Assembly: GCA_973895155.1 (NCBI GenBank)
Contig: OZ316897.1
Coordinates: forward strand, 20,798,260-20,862,259
From: Marsupella aquatica
Lineage: Eukaryota > Plantae > Marchantiophyta
Direction: 5' to 3'
Length of the DNA stretch: 64,000 bases
Below the pieces are notes generated by a model. The model saw nothing but the letters and a program-made list of their open reading frames with translations. It had not been told where the DNA came from and searched no databases. The translations under genes were made by a program, and so were the position numbers. Below are positions 33,634 through 46,916 of the stretch, in pieces. The number at the start of each line of letters is the position of its first letter. Position 1 is the first letter of the stretch.

Positions 33634-35652
33634 AAAAATAGTAGTCATCAGATTCAATGTTTTAAAAGGGATGAAGTTTTGAGAAAGCACTAAAGTCCTC
33701 CAACTTACAATGTATACACTTCTTCCGGAGTTGATATCTAGAACAAGACGACCAAAGTAGACACTAACCTTGTGTGGCTTGCCATGTGTGAAGGTTTGAT
33801 GTCCTAAATGGCAATCAGTTCGACAACAGCATCAGGACAGTTGTTGGGCGCGTTGTGAAGGACTTCAAAAGTACTTCGTCGCATGAACAAATCTTCACAG
33901 TACGTATTTGATTTAAAAACTGTGTTCCAAGGCTGATGCAAATTTCCAGAAGCGATGCTGTTGCCTTTCTGAGACAGCTGTTTCTATCTATCACATACAA
34001 TTTGACTGCTTGTCTGAAATTGGCAATACATATTTCAGGTGGAAGTATATTGGAGCAAGGGACAAGAAGCATTTGATCCAATGCGTCCGCTTCAAATCAC
34101 AGCAAGAGATTTGTTTTCGCTGCATCCCCTTCGTCAGGTGTGGACCGATGCAATGCCCTTCGGCGCCTGAATCAATGAGGCCATTTTTGTCTTGTTGGGA
34201 GGTTCACTGAACAGACTTGGGCAGCAATTTCCTTGACACATTGAACTCACTAACGTAACAAGCTCAATTGCTTCATGACGCACTAAATGTTGGGTTTTGT
34301 TGCAGAGATGGATAAATGAAGATGCCAGAAAAGGACTGCTCGATGAGAAAAGGATCTTTACGCTGGATAAGAAGAATATGAAGGATTGGGTGAAGGTTAC
34401 TCCATAACGACAGGTGGCTAAATATGTATATTTAGCCACACATCTGTACCTATGGTCACTGTTTGAACTGGTAATACACCTGGTATCCGGTTTCTGCCTC
34501 ACCAACACAAGATTTCTATTGAGTGAAATTCAGAACAAGAGAACAGGAAACACTGATTAAGTAGTACGTTACAGTCACCATTCAGTGGTCTCAATTTGAA
34601 TCATTTTGATCTGCCAGTCTGGAAGCTTTTGCAGTAGTAAGGTCGGGTTCAGAAAAAGTGGGCATTCAGAACCTGCTTATCACAAAGCCATGATTTCGAG
34701 CCCGAAAGGGTTTAGTCCTGTCGTGCCTGAGTTCTTACCTAATCGTCTAGCAAGATATAGTCTCAGTACTACTGTTAGGATGGAAATCGAGATTTGTACC
34801 GAACCTTCTGAAACCTCGGGAGCGAAATCATCATTTCCCTCGGTGAAACTCAAGTGATCAGTTTGTACAACTCACTAATGTACATACTGATCACTTGAGT
34901 TCTCCCTGTCCAGGAGTGGATAGGTCACGCCCACCCAGAATTCACATTGAGAAGATTGAAAACCGCGCATGAGTTCACACGACCGCAAGGTATCTGTAGA
35001 AACCTTCTAATAGGTCTGCTTAATTTCATTCACAACCATGGCTCTTGAAACGCTCAAAATAATACTTGTTGCAAAGCGCCTGCCTCAGCATTACAGACAT
35101 AGGACTGATATACACAGATTGCTAGGAAAATTTCCTTAAAGTACTCCATTGCAAGTGTAACGGCAGGCTATTAGCACAAACGCAAGTACCAAAGCTGAAC
35201 ATAAGATGGCAGTGTGGAAGATGACCAGAAATTCTTATAATGAATGGAAATTTGACCAGCGTCAGCTTCTTTAGAGAATGTGGAACTTCTACAATAATCG
35301 GTCTGGAACTTTGCTACAAACTATTTGGGCAGCTCAATCACTCTAACCAATGGCTACGCTTACTGGAACAACTCGATTTGTCAAAACATGCTCTACACCA
35401 TTTGATGTCCTGTCTAAAATAACTCATCTCCATGCAGGCATCTTGGATCTTGATCACTCGTGGGATAGCCACCCCGTAGTTTCACAGGTGCTTGTGGATC
35501 TCAGTACCTGCAACTTACAGACCTCGACTTCTGCATAAAACCAACTGACCTATTGGATATGCTATTCTTTAACCATGTACCATGCATCACCATGGCTTCG
35601 GCTCCTTCCGTTCTGGATATTTGAAGGACAAAAATGTAAGGGCAGCTAAAGT

Positions 35653-38600
35653 TCACCCTTCATGTAGAGCATCCATAAGATACATCTTGCTCAAACTTTG
35701 GCCAGAAAACCTGTACACACCAACGAATGAAGTAGTTTAGGGACCACAATAGTTCATTCTAAGACGCAGTTGACCAATACGTACAGCTCCCTGTACCTTA
35801 TATTAAGGTTACAACACCATGGACTACAGAATTACAGATGGTGGTTCGAGACTCTTACCCATTGACTTGATCACAATAATTGGCCACTTGATTCGTGATG
35901 AGGTAGCTGTCAAGCCGAGAGGGCTCTGGAATTGGTTTGAAAATTGGGTTATTTGAATCCTCCTCCGGTAGAGGCTCTTCACCCGATACTCTCCTGGCCA
36001 TGTTCTCAGCCCTGCGTTATGATACAATGTAATCAAGCTTCAGTAGAGGCCAAAGAGAACCCTGCAACTACTAAGAGAAATCATCCGAACCCAACTTTCA
36101 AATGATCCAAGCTGTCAACTAGCGTTGTCTGCAACAAACCTCCCTGACTCAAAAATATTGATATCCCCATAGAACTTCCGATTGAACCTTCTTCCCTCAA
36201 TTTTGAAAGCGGGGACAAAAGTTGTACCTTCTCTTTTGCAGCCATGCTTGTTGCTGACCTTGTTGTCTCGATAAGTTTCGATAGTAGTATTGGAACTGAG
36301 GACGTAGATCAAAAATAATTTCAAGCAGTTAGTCTTCGAGCTTGAGTGTACTAGTTTCTAGAGATTACCATAACGCATCAAGTAGCACTTCAATTTCAAG
36401 AAACAAGCCCACTTCAGCTCATCAATAAGTGAAGCATCTGACCTTCTGTTGTTCCATTCCCAGATCATCCATGCATTCGATCAAAAATTCCAGATTCTTT
36501 TCATAAAAGGGGTTTGTCGACAGCAAAAGGCGATCGAAATCACTCTGTCAAGGCCAAGATCCCAAAGCAGAGAATAGGCATGGTCAGTATCGACCTCTCC
36601 GACCAGAACGGTGAAAGAGGCCAATGACCATACTTTAAGTAATACTGACATCAATCTTGCGTAACTTTGCAAAACGAAAGCCACTGCTAAACTGTAACGA
36701 CCAGAAGTAACTTGAAACATGGCGCTCACGCAGGCAAGGCATCTTGCCTGGTGTGAGTGAATTTCATTGAAGTATACAGAAAGCAAAGGCAGAATGATGA
36801 GTGTTGCATAGGAGCAAGATCTTTCTTGGGATATACCTGTGTAGCAGGTGCATCTGTCTCCAGCTCGGTCATGACAGAGCTCACAAGGGATGAGTTGGAA
36901 ATTTTCACCTGCACAACAGCTCAAGTCAAGACTCCGGCACATTGCAGCAATCATCTAAGTCCTGGAACATATCCTAATCAATAAGATTAACTCGAAAAAC
37001 AGAAAACTATCCTATTTCGGTATGGTGGCCTTACTGGAATTTCTTCAAAAATACTGGTCCAAGACATATTCTTCTCCCGCAACCTGTTTCCCAACACGAT
37101 CATCGTGAGCTAAGATAACTTTGGTGACGGAAATAAATCATAACTGCCCAGGAGCTTTGAAGTGAACTAGTGTAATACAGCACAGCAGATTGAAGTGACT
37201 GGTAGACTAGTATACTTTTCTCCGGTGAAGTTTTGGGTGCGATATAGCTCCATGAAGGAATCGGTCAATCGGAGGGCCTTCAGGGCAAGAATGCCTTGCG
37301 ATGATCTTAATGGGTCATAGATGATACAAACACAACGCTTGATGTTTTCCTGTTCAAAAGCCACGAGAAGACGGGGAGTTCAGTTCCACATGTAACCCTC
37401 AAAGATAAGGAGGCCGGTCACAACGCCGTGCCTCCCAAATTTGCCTCAGAGAGAACATGATCTTGTCTGACGAAGGGTTGAACTTACAAATTTCAGCCAG
37501 TAAAACCTAGACTGGGCAAATATGAGATTCATATTGAACGAAAACTCGGACATTTCCTCATCAATACCTGATAGTTGAGAAAAGTCTCAATCAGCTCCAC
37601 GGTTTGATAGGAACCCATATAAGTTGATTGGTACCTGTACGAAACACATCAAAATAAGCTTATCTGCTGTTGAATGAGCAACTCATTCCTTTGCCACAAT
37701 TCAAATTCAAAATGAGTGGACCATAGGACAGTCAGTACACACCAACCAACAGTGTTGTTATCAACATTGACCTCCCGCAAGCAGCGCATCATCTCTAGCT
37801 GATAATTAGCACCATCGGCCTCTCCTTCTTCATCCTCCTCTCCACCGCGACTCTGTATTTCATACGATATCTGTGAGAATGAAATCCTGGCTTGACCGCT
37901 ACGACTTCAATAAATGAAAGTCATTCTACGAACTCTGGCATTGGCGTCTCACATACAAGCAGCGAAATTGATAGCTTTTCAGATGGGTTTTTGACTGCCC
38001 ACCGGGAAAGGGAAGCAATTCGTGACTTCCAAGATGCTTCCAATATCGAGCCCCAGAAGCTGACCGGTGACAAGAGCTGGTGCACTTTCCTTGCAGTGCT
38101 TTACAATCTTCAAAACCACCTGCGTTCATAGTACAAGCAGCAAATGGAGGAACATTAATCTCACGTAGGGAGCTTGCGAAACTCACGCAGAGCATAAACC
38201 TAGGAAATTCATTTCGTTAGTGCACCAGGAAATAGCCTACGACCTCTTCACAAGTACAAGAAGGACCTGGGCATCAGAGAATTCTAGCTGACAGTTAAGC
38301 ACTAAGCAGGAGCCGGAGGATTGAGGTAAGATCAGGAAAAGCTAAAACATCACTGGAAGGCGTCGCATAATGGAAGAGAGAAAATCCATGATCCAATGTG
38401 GTCACCTCCCTCGACTAACAGAAAGGCAATAATTTTACATTTCAGATGGTAAAATCACATACCAGACCATCAATCTGGACAACTCGCAGAGGAACGACAA
38501 CTTCTTCGGTAGCTGCTGCTTGCGCGAATGAGCGAACCGGAGCTGCAAGCCACGATCACACAGACCAAGACCGTGATCAGACGGGAAATCTAGACGGGGG

Positions 38601-39551
38601 ACCAGTTGCCACTACAACCGCGTACCCGATCACTACAAACAAGAAAACAACTATTTGATCATTCTTTCAGTAAATGGCCCACTTGAATGTAAGGGACAAC
38701 TCTAGACAAAAAAAACACGTCTACCGGTACAGCAACCGTTCTTAACCACGTTAACGCACCACTGAGAAGCGCAAAAGAAGGGAAACACATTATAGAAAGT
38801 AGGAAGTTAGTATTCCGAGCCGTGCCTTCCGCCATGTTTTCGATTCCCAGATCAGGAAAATGAAAGAGGAAAGGAAACCAAAAACGAGACCCTACGACTA
38901 AATCAAACACGTCGACTCCGCAGACCAAGAGCCTGCCAAAACACCATTCACACATAGCTGAAGCGCAGATACATGGCAGGCAGTGAAGGTGAGATGAAGG
39001 TCATACGTGCAATCCCTTCCGACATTATCTCAATTCGAAATTCCAAGAACGAGACAGATCGTGAGTAGGGTAAGATTTCTTTGCGGGAGAATGCTCCGAC
39101 CTACTTGCGAACGACTTGAACGAACGAGACAGAGTGTATCGTAGCGATTAATCCAGCTAAGATCACTGCGCCAGGCTTAAACGAATGATAAAAACTAATG
39201 CAGTTGCGATCGAATCGACGAATCAAACGAGAAAATCAAACCCTACAGCACGAGCGAGAGCAGGAAGGAGAGAGCACAACGCGAGAGAGGTAACGCTTCT
39301 GCACCAACACAAGCTAAAACGAGAGGTAATGCTGCTATTGCACCAACGATACTTCACATATCAGTATTAGGGTTTTTGCGGTCCTGGACCCTAAACCTTG
39401 TGCCCCTCTTGAACAATTCGGTCAGTGCGGGCGGAAGTGCCAAAACGTAATCCTCGCCATGAGCGCATCAAAATATATCTTCGAGAAGCGCAGGAGACAG
39501 CGCAAAATTTGAAGACGGGAAAGGGGTCTTACCTGCTGTGCCGTCCGCCAT
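35653..39551 (-). CDS. TIF3H1: Eukaryotic translation initiation factor 3 subunit H, about 12 exons
   Basis: Exons translate to [21 protein letters not shown]...[99 protein letters not shown]; GT-AG introns. Confidence 0.95.
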
Positions 39552-39799
39552 GATTGCAATCCAGAAATCGTCGGAAGCGGGGAACAAAGAGCGCGAGCGA
39601 GACGACGACGAAGCTCAGAGAGAGAGCTTCGGGAGGATTGGAGGGAAGACCACGAGAGAGATGACCTAAACCGAAACAAAGAAACATACCAGAAACTGTG
39701 TGCTCCATGTTAATAAACTACAAGCTCGGATGGGATCCCCATGACAAACGTTTTTCTCCGATATTATTACAACGTTCTCATAGGGTCTATGCAAGCGTA

Positions 39800-41893
39800 T
39801 ATTTTTATTTTTATTTTTTGGGGAAAAAACGTGCGCACTTTATTGAGAACAAACTAGTCTGAGGAGAGGAGACAGGAGAAAGGAACAAGGAACAAATAAG
39901 GGTTGTTGAAAGAGGGAGCACACCCAGAGAAACGAAGGTGAGACCACCCCAAACCGGCCGCCTAAGGGGAGGAGGTGGGCCATAGAAGAGAGGAGGGACC
40001 CAAAAAGCCAAAAATAAACAGAACCAACCAAGATCTGAATATGAAAAAGGAGCAACCAAAACAGCCAACCTAGCCAGAACCACCAAAGCCCCAAGAGGCC
40101 CCCCCGCTGAACACCATCTGTCCTGGGCTGCCTTCGATGGCAATAGCCAACCACCACATCCCCAGCTGCATCGAGGCCAGACCACTCCTTGAGATCACCA
40201 CGCCCTCTATATATACGAGAGTCCACCTCTATCTCCGGTCATTCCCTGGATCACCAAGAAGAGAGCCTTGATGATTTCACCTTATTGTGCCCTGGCGATG
40301 TCCTGCGCTGGTACCCGAGGTTATGCCTCGAGATCCCTAAGCATAGCCCGGGGCAGAAACTAGCAGACCAAAGATTCCATCGTGCCTGATCTTCATTTTT
40401 ATACCAATTTATGATCCTAGAGCTTGAGTGTAGAACACCTCCCAAGGAAAGCAGCCCTAGCTGATGCGACGGAGAAAAGAGATAGGCAACCAGTACGTCC
40501 AGATGCCAATTAGGTACTTTAACTTTGGCATTTAAACCTCCCACTCGCCAATCATGAGCTCCATATGTAACAGCCAGCAGCCAGCCTAGTGGAGACAGAG
40601 AGAGCAGGGGACACACCTACAGGGCCAAGGTTAGAATCCAACCAATTACCATGAGAGAAGCTCCCCTAGATATCCGAGAATCCTGGGAATGGCACGGGAC
40701 AAATGACTGCTTTCACTAGAATTGTTATCTGAGAGCCTACAGATCCTACCTATCCAACAATGTAGTTCCATGAGTAGCCTACGTATCTGTCTTTGTCTAA
40801 TCTGTCTGATTGCTACATATGCAGCGGAAAAAAGTCTGTGCTTCTGTAAAGAGAGATATATGAAACCAGACTCGAATAGTCCGATGAGAATCTAATTCTG
40901 AGAGTGCGGTGGTAAAAAATGTCAATACTGGCCGCCAGCCATTGTGAACCAAGAGCCCAGGAAGGGGGGGGAAGCCAGATGGCGGGACAGAGGAATATGT
41001 CTCCAAAAGGTGAGAACCAAGCTACCTTCTCCAATGGCAAGCGCCAGATGAGAGAACCCCACAGAGCAGCGAGAAGAAGCCATAAGGGACAGCAAGGGAA
41101 AGACCCACCAACCATTGGTACTTGTGGAGGAGGAAGAGAGCAACAAGGAGATAAATGGAACGAGGGATGTACTGTGCCATATGGTGATGGGAGGAACAGA
41201 CACCAGATGAGGATCGGAACTAGCCCATGATAGAACTGAAGGGATGGGGCAATCCCAGAATAGGAGAAGAAGAGAACGTTACGGGAAGAAAGGAGGCTCT
41301 AGAACATATATTAATATAATAAGAAATGAGCCGTGGGCAAAAGTATCCCAAACAGAAAGTCAACGGGGACAACGAGAGGTCAGAGGACCAGAGATATACT
41401 TCTCAGCATAGTATAGACGATTTTTCTTTTTTTTTGAGTCAGAACAAAGAGCCACCGAACTAAGATGCTGAACGACAGATGATGCGGCCAGAAAGGGGGA
41501 GAAGACTACAATCTGGCTCTGAAATAACCGAGAGTTTCTATTTTTCCAAAGGAGCCACATTGTTTCATAGATAACAAAAATACGAGCAGAGAGCAATGGG
41601 GTACGACCAAGGGCAAGGTCCAATGTGCTTGTGAAAGAATGTCCCCCCGAAAGATGGGAGAGAGACGGCACCCGCTCATAGAACCAGGCAGTCCGGTTCC
41701 AGGCACAAATAGCTTGCCCGCATGAGAAGAAAATATGAGGATCTCCATGTCCACACTGCTTAGCTCATTTTCCTGAAAATAATCCTGCAGCCAGGACCCA
41801 CCATAAAACATTTTTACCACAATTAGACAGATCTGATCGCCAGATCCTCCTCCACCTGCACTCCCATTCTCCTGCTGAGTCTGACGTCCCCCA
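39800..41893 (-). mobile_element. Degenerate L1-type LINE 3' portion with A-rich tail
   Basis: ORF 41360-41671 (ETMWLLWKNRNSRLFQ) is typical of a plant L1 ORF2 C-terminus; (A4-6T)n tail at about 39800-39820 on the minus strand. Confidence 0.55.
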
Positions 41894-44800
41894 TGTGATG
41901 CCTAGCCAGGAATCACTAGGCCAGTTTAAATGATAAAATAAGGAGTAAACCCTGGAAACACATTAGTATAGTAGCAAAAATATGGAAAATATAAACAATT
42001 AAGGGTGGCTATGGAACCCGAGCCGAGGCCGGAAGTAAAAACGCCGGGGGGAGGGAACACGATTAGGGTTAGGGCACGCTAAGTGCCGGTGGCTATAGGT
42101 AACTAACGGGAAGGAAGACCAGTTAGGGAGGGGTAAGGATCGATCGCAAGGAATGACGGCTTATTTGCAAGCACGAACTAAGCAGACGACTACGGGAGGC
42201 CAACTACTGTCCGCTGCTCAGGCAAGCACTCGGGGTGGAAGCAGATACCAACAATCAACTCAAGAAGGGTATGAGCAACATCAATCAAGCTGCTCATTTT
42301 TGGGGATGCCTGTTAGAATGGGCAACTGAGTACATTGGGACCTACGAGGACAAAGAATCAGAGAGAGCCGCTCGAGAACGGCAGGAGCTCGCTCGACTGT
42401 GGGAGCTGCAGAAGTCTGCCTTCTTAGGAGGAGAACTCATTACGACTGAATTCTTGTGGACGCCTATTGCTGACAAACTCGATGATCTTCTGTTTTGTGA
42501 GAACAGAATAGTCGGCATCCGGGAGGCCATCAACCGCTACAACGACATACATTGGGAGTTGAAGGGTAGCACGGAGGGGTGGGCGAAGGCAACCGTGCTA
42601 GGAGAAACATCCACGGCAGCCGCTATGAAGAGGAAAGGGAACATCAATGAAGAGACCACCCCTGCGAAGAGAACGAGGTCGGCGGCACCAAGGAAGCCAG
42701 CCGAGCAAGGGAGTAGGAGGCAGGAAGAAGCCGAAGAAGAGGAGGTCGACCCCATCAATGTCGTTCCAACAAGGGATGACACCTAGAAAGGCTAGGCGGC
42801 GACCCTCCCCAAGGAAGTGCAATTACACTTTGCACGTGAAGAGGATGCTTGCTTTACGGCTATGCAGACTCGGAAGTACCAGGGCTTCATGGCTGGATCC
42901 GGCTTGGAAGCCTTTGTAAAGTTACCATGGCTGAAACCGGAGGTGCCGGATTCAGACTTATTAGAATTTGTGGGATCTTGGGAGCCCGAGACCAATTCCA
43001 CAAGGGTGTATGGGAAAGAATTCTATCTCACTCCCCGAGTGATTGCCGAAGTGTTTGGCTTGCCGATGGGCAATAAGACCAAAGTAGATACCCGGAACAC
43101 CTTGCCAGACAAGGAGTTCCGATCATTCCCAGGGCCATCAACGAAGAATGGCTTCTTTTGGAACACCTGCACCAACCCGCACATAGGAGAGAATCGATTT
43201 CTTGCGGGTAACCATGCACTGCAACTTGCCGAAGCCAGAGATCGGCAAGGCACAGGTTTACCTGGCGGAGAGGCTAGACCCCAACCGGGACTACAACGGA
43301 TACCTCCCCACCCAATTGAAGAAGATCTTGAAGGAGGAACAGCAGGTGATCGGCAAGGGAAGCGTGTCCCGGCTTGGCTATCATATGTCGATGTTGTGCC
43401 GGTATGCCTGAAGTCAGATATTCGCCCTGGTACTTCCCCTACAGGCAAGAGCACCAGAGGAGGTTCCGGAACAGAGGCCGACAACAGAGAAACCGACCCA
43501 ACCCAATAGTCCTACAATCGAACAGGTGTTTAGGCCGAGGAAGGAGGACTTGCCGATGCAGCAACCAGGCATGTAGAATCTGCTGAAATTGCTGGAGAAG
43601 GAAAGGAGAATAGCAATGGCAACAGGACCGGTACAAAATACTGCTCCCGAAGTCCGCCTAAGCCAACTTACCAGGGAAAACCCCTTTACCGGGGTTAAGG
43701 AGAGAAGGAGGCCGGAACACGAGCCGGGAGTCCAAATGTATGTAGGAGCCTCAAGTCCCGAAGCCGAGGAAAAGCAGCCCGAAGCTCCTGGTCGCAACAA
43801 GGAGAAGAAGAGATCAACGTGGAAGCCGGAGGAACTAGGACCCGTGATCTGTGAGGCCGTGTTAACGGCAAACCCAGGAGAGCAACGGGGGAGCCGGTAG
43901 TCCAAGCCGTAGAGGAGGCGGTAAAAGACTACGAACATGATGACTCCGACTACGGGTCGGACCATCATGTTCTAGGAGTAAGGACCTGTGGCAGGTTCAT
44001 CCCCACTCTTCCAAGAGTAGTTCGAGGGGACCCCACCTAGCAGAGCAGCCCCGAGTCTCCCCCACCAAATATCGCTCCCCCGAGCTTTGACGACATAAAA
44101 CAGATGGCACAAGAGTTTCAGGAGCAACTCAGGGAGGAAGAGAAGGCAGCCCTGGCTAGGGAGAAAGATTTACTAGGGGGAGAATGGCCAGAGCACATCA
44201 GGCGGCTTGCAGAAAAACAAAACAGCCCTCCAGCCACGATAGAAGAAATCCGCAAGGCGGCTTGGGAACAAAGGCCGCAATGGTTGATGCCGATGACTTC
44301 TACTCACTCCGCCTATGCTCAAGAAAGAGCCATGGAGTACGGGGAGATGTGTGGGGAACTTGCGCTCAACATCTTTGGGGAGGAGTTGGAGCAGGGACCC
44401 TTTTTCCAGAGGGAGATGTTGGAGAAGCGCCGATTAGAAGAAGCGGTGGCTTTGGAGAGAAGGACGAGGTCATTTGTCAGCTTAGGGCAAGGGAAGCCAA
44501 GGTAGAAGACCTGAAGGCGGCCAAGAAAGCCCAAGATGAGTTGAAAATTAAGCGGCATCAGCTAAACATCATGCAGGGGCAATTGGATACCGCGTAGTCT
44601 GATATTCAGATTATCAAGGATAAACTGACTCGGACCCAAGGAGAGTTGGCCGATGCGATCAAGGAGAAGGAGAAGTGGAAGCGAGAGCTGAGAGACACAG
44701 AGGAGGCCCACATAGCAGCCAACAATCGGGCCATGGCGGAGACCCAGAGAAGGGAGAGGGCGTTGAAGGGGGAGCTCGAGGATATCCGCGGAGCCCTTGA

Positions 44801-45029
44801 GCAGAAGGAGGCCGAGTTAGGAAAATCCTATTAGGCGATTATTGTGTTACGATAGGAGCTTGCATCCCTGACGGCCAGCTTCAAGGCCGACCTCCGTGAG
44901 AAAGACGACCAGCTCGACTAGACTTATGCCAAGATGAATAAAATGGAGTCTGAGGTCGTAACGGAGCTCGACAAGGAGCTAAGAGCAACCCAGGAAGAGA
45001 GGGCTACCTTAAAAAGGAAGCTAGAGGAA
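41894..45029 (+). mobile_element. Older, decayed and truncated copy of the giant ORF-containing LTR
   Basis: Starts TGTGATGCCTAG like 53768. ORF fragments 42235-44834 are homologous to 53883-57533, with many stops; cut at 45030 by another LTR. Confidence 0.88.
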
Positions 45030-46916
45030 TGTGACAGGGCCCCAAACCCGGTAGTAAGTTAGTGATGACTTATAATTGCATATATAAGTAAAAAGACAAG
45101 TAAGTGTAGTAAAAGTGTTTGGATTTTCAAATTTTTTATTTTTGTTAGTTCTAATAAATGGATGCGACAACTGGAGGCCGGAGTTGAGAGGCGTGTCGGG
45201 CGGTGACGTATGACAAGGGAACCATTGAGGGGGTACAAGGAGGCCACAAGGCAGCCCAAGGAGTTGGAGCCAAGGTGTGGGCATCTTGGAGGGGTGGGGG
45301 CTGGTCGGAGGCTCCACATAAGGCGCAAAACGGGAAGAATGACCAAAATATAGAAAACATTGAAACTTAAAACAGATGTTGTTGCGCTAGTACTATTCCA
45401 AACATGGTCATGTTTGGATTCATTTTGAAGCCCTCAATGAGCTTCATGCAAAACTGAGGTTCTCTAGTTTATTTTAGGTCTATATAAAATAGTGATATCT
45501 TGAGGGACCTCAACACTTGTAAAACAACAAACTAGGCAATCTTGGAGTAGTGATGGTGGGAGGGCCCTTAGAAGGAAGGGGTTCTCACACTTGTGTTCCC
45601 CTTCACTATTTGTGTGGTCCTCACATGGTTTTTGTTCTCTTTCCCTTCCCCACTCCGTAGAAGGGGCCCTCACACTTTCTTCCTTCCCTTTTTTTCTCTT
45701 CTCACTTGTGGGGTTTCCACCCATACCTAAACTCTAATCCCTTTCCCTCTTGTGCTTGCTTTCAACGTGTGTACGGACCCTGCTTGTACAAACATCAGAT
45801 TTTTTACCATCTCAAAATCAGGAGTCTATGGGCTTGTTGGAAAGAGCTCGTCGAGCTGAATCCAACGATGTGTCACACGGCCGGAACGAAGCTACGATGG
45901 GGGAGATACGACAAATCGCATTTTTGAGAATATGAGGGTTTTGAGGCCGTACGGACGTCCGTACGGAAGGAGGCCCCGGCTTTGCAAGGGAAGTAGGAGG
46001 TAGTAGCACATACGGGGAAACCCGTGATCCGTGTTTTGCAAAGCCGGGGGAAACATGTTGTACGGACGAAACGAAGGGAGACGGTGCCCCGTAAACACTT
46101 AAACGATCATATCTTGGCCGTTTGACCTCCGTTTTGTGCACCGTTTATGGAGCCATGATCAGGAAGAGGAGGGCTCCTCAGATATGTTTTCAGAAGTGAA
46201 TTCTGAGAAAATTTTAGTTTCGATAATTATAGGGGCCCCCTCCTTTTACAACGAACCGGTGGTGGCGAACAGGAGGATCGGGGCTCAAGCCAAGGCACCG
46301 TGAGTGAGGAGGAGGAGGACTGATGAGGAGACCAACTCACGGGGCTCAAGTCAGGGCACCGTGAGTGAGGAGGAGGAGGACTGATGAGGAGACTAACTCA
46401 CGGGGCTCAAGCCATGGCACCGTGAGTGAGTGAGGGTGGCTGTACGGACTTGGTCGTACAACCTATTGACTTTGAAATCTTTTTGGATGTGGGCACTCAT
46501 GGGCTTGTTGGAAAGAGCTCGCGGAGCTGATTCCAACAAGAGGCGGTGCTCCTCAAACAGAGCCAGGATGAGGAAGATAAGGCCCCGCGAAGTTGGTTGG
46601 TACGAGATATTGAAACGCCCAATCATAATTGGGTCGTCCGGAGTCTGTTTGCGGAGCCATTTACGGATTCGTGATCAGGAAGAGTAGAGCTATCCAGGGC
46701 TCCCCTTAGGGGAGTAGTTGGACATATTTGAGGTTTCCACCATGAGTGGCCCCCTCACTTCCCCGAGACTACAAATGATTACGGTTGGCACCGTCGAAGG
46801 CACCGACGGTCCCGTAGTTAGTTTAGGGTTTTTAGGAGCATGTGTGTGTTGCATGTTTTAGGTTAGGGATTTCTTTGTGAAGGGTTTAGGGTTTAGGGTT
46901 TAGGGCGACTGTCACT
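45030..46916 (+). mobile_element. LTR (~1.9 kb) of a non-autonomous element, with 59-bp tandem repeats (46279-46430) and TTTAGGG telo-box repeats (46881-46905)
   Basis: TGTGACAG...CTGTCAC(T) inverted ends; followed by the degenerate Met PBS TGG[tatc]AGAGCC. Confidence 0.65.

Noticed and set aside
38660-39500. Possible intronic snoRNA in eIF3h intron 1
   Set aside because: No convincing C/D or H/ACA box arrangement seen.
46881-46905. (TTTAGGG)3 as an interstitial telomere
   Set aside because: Too short; it is a telo-box-like motif inside an LTR.
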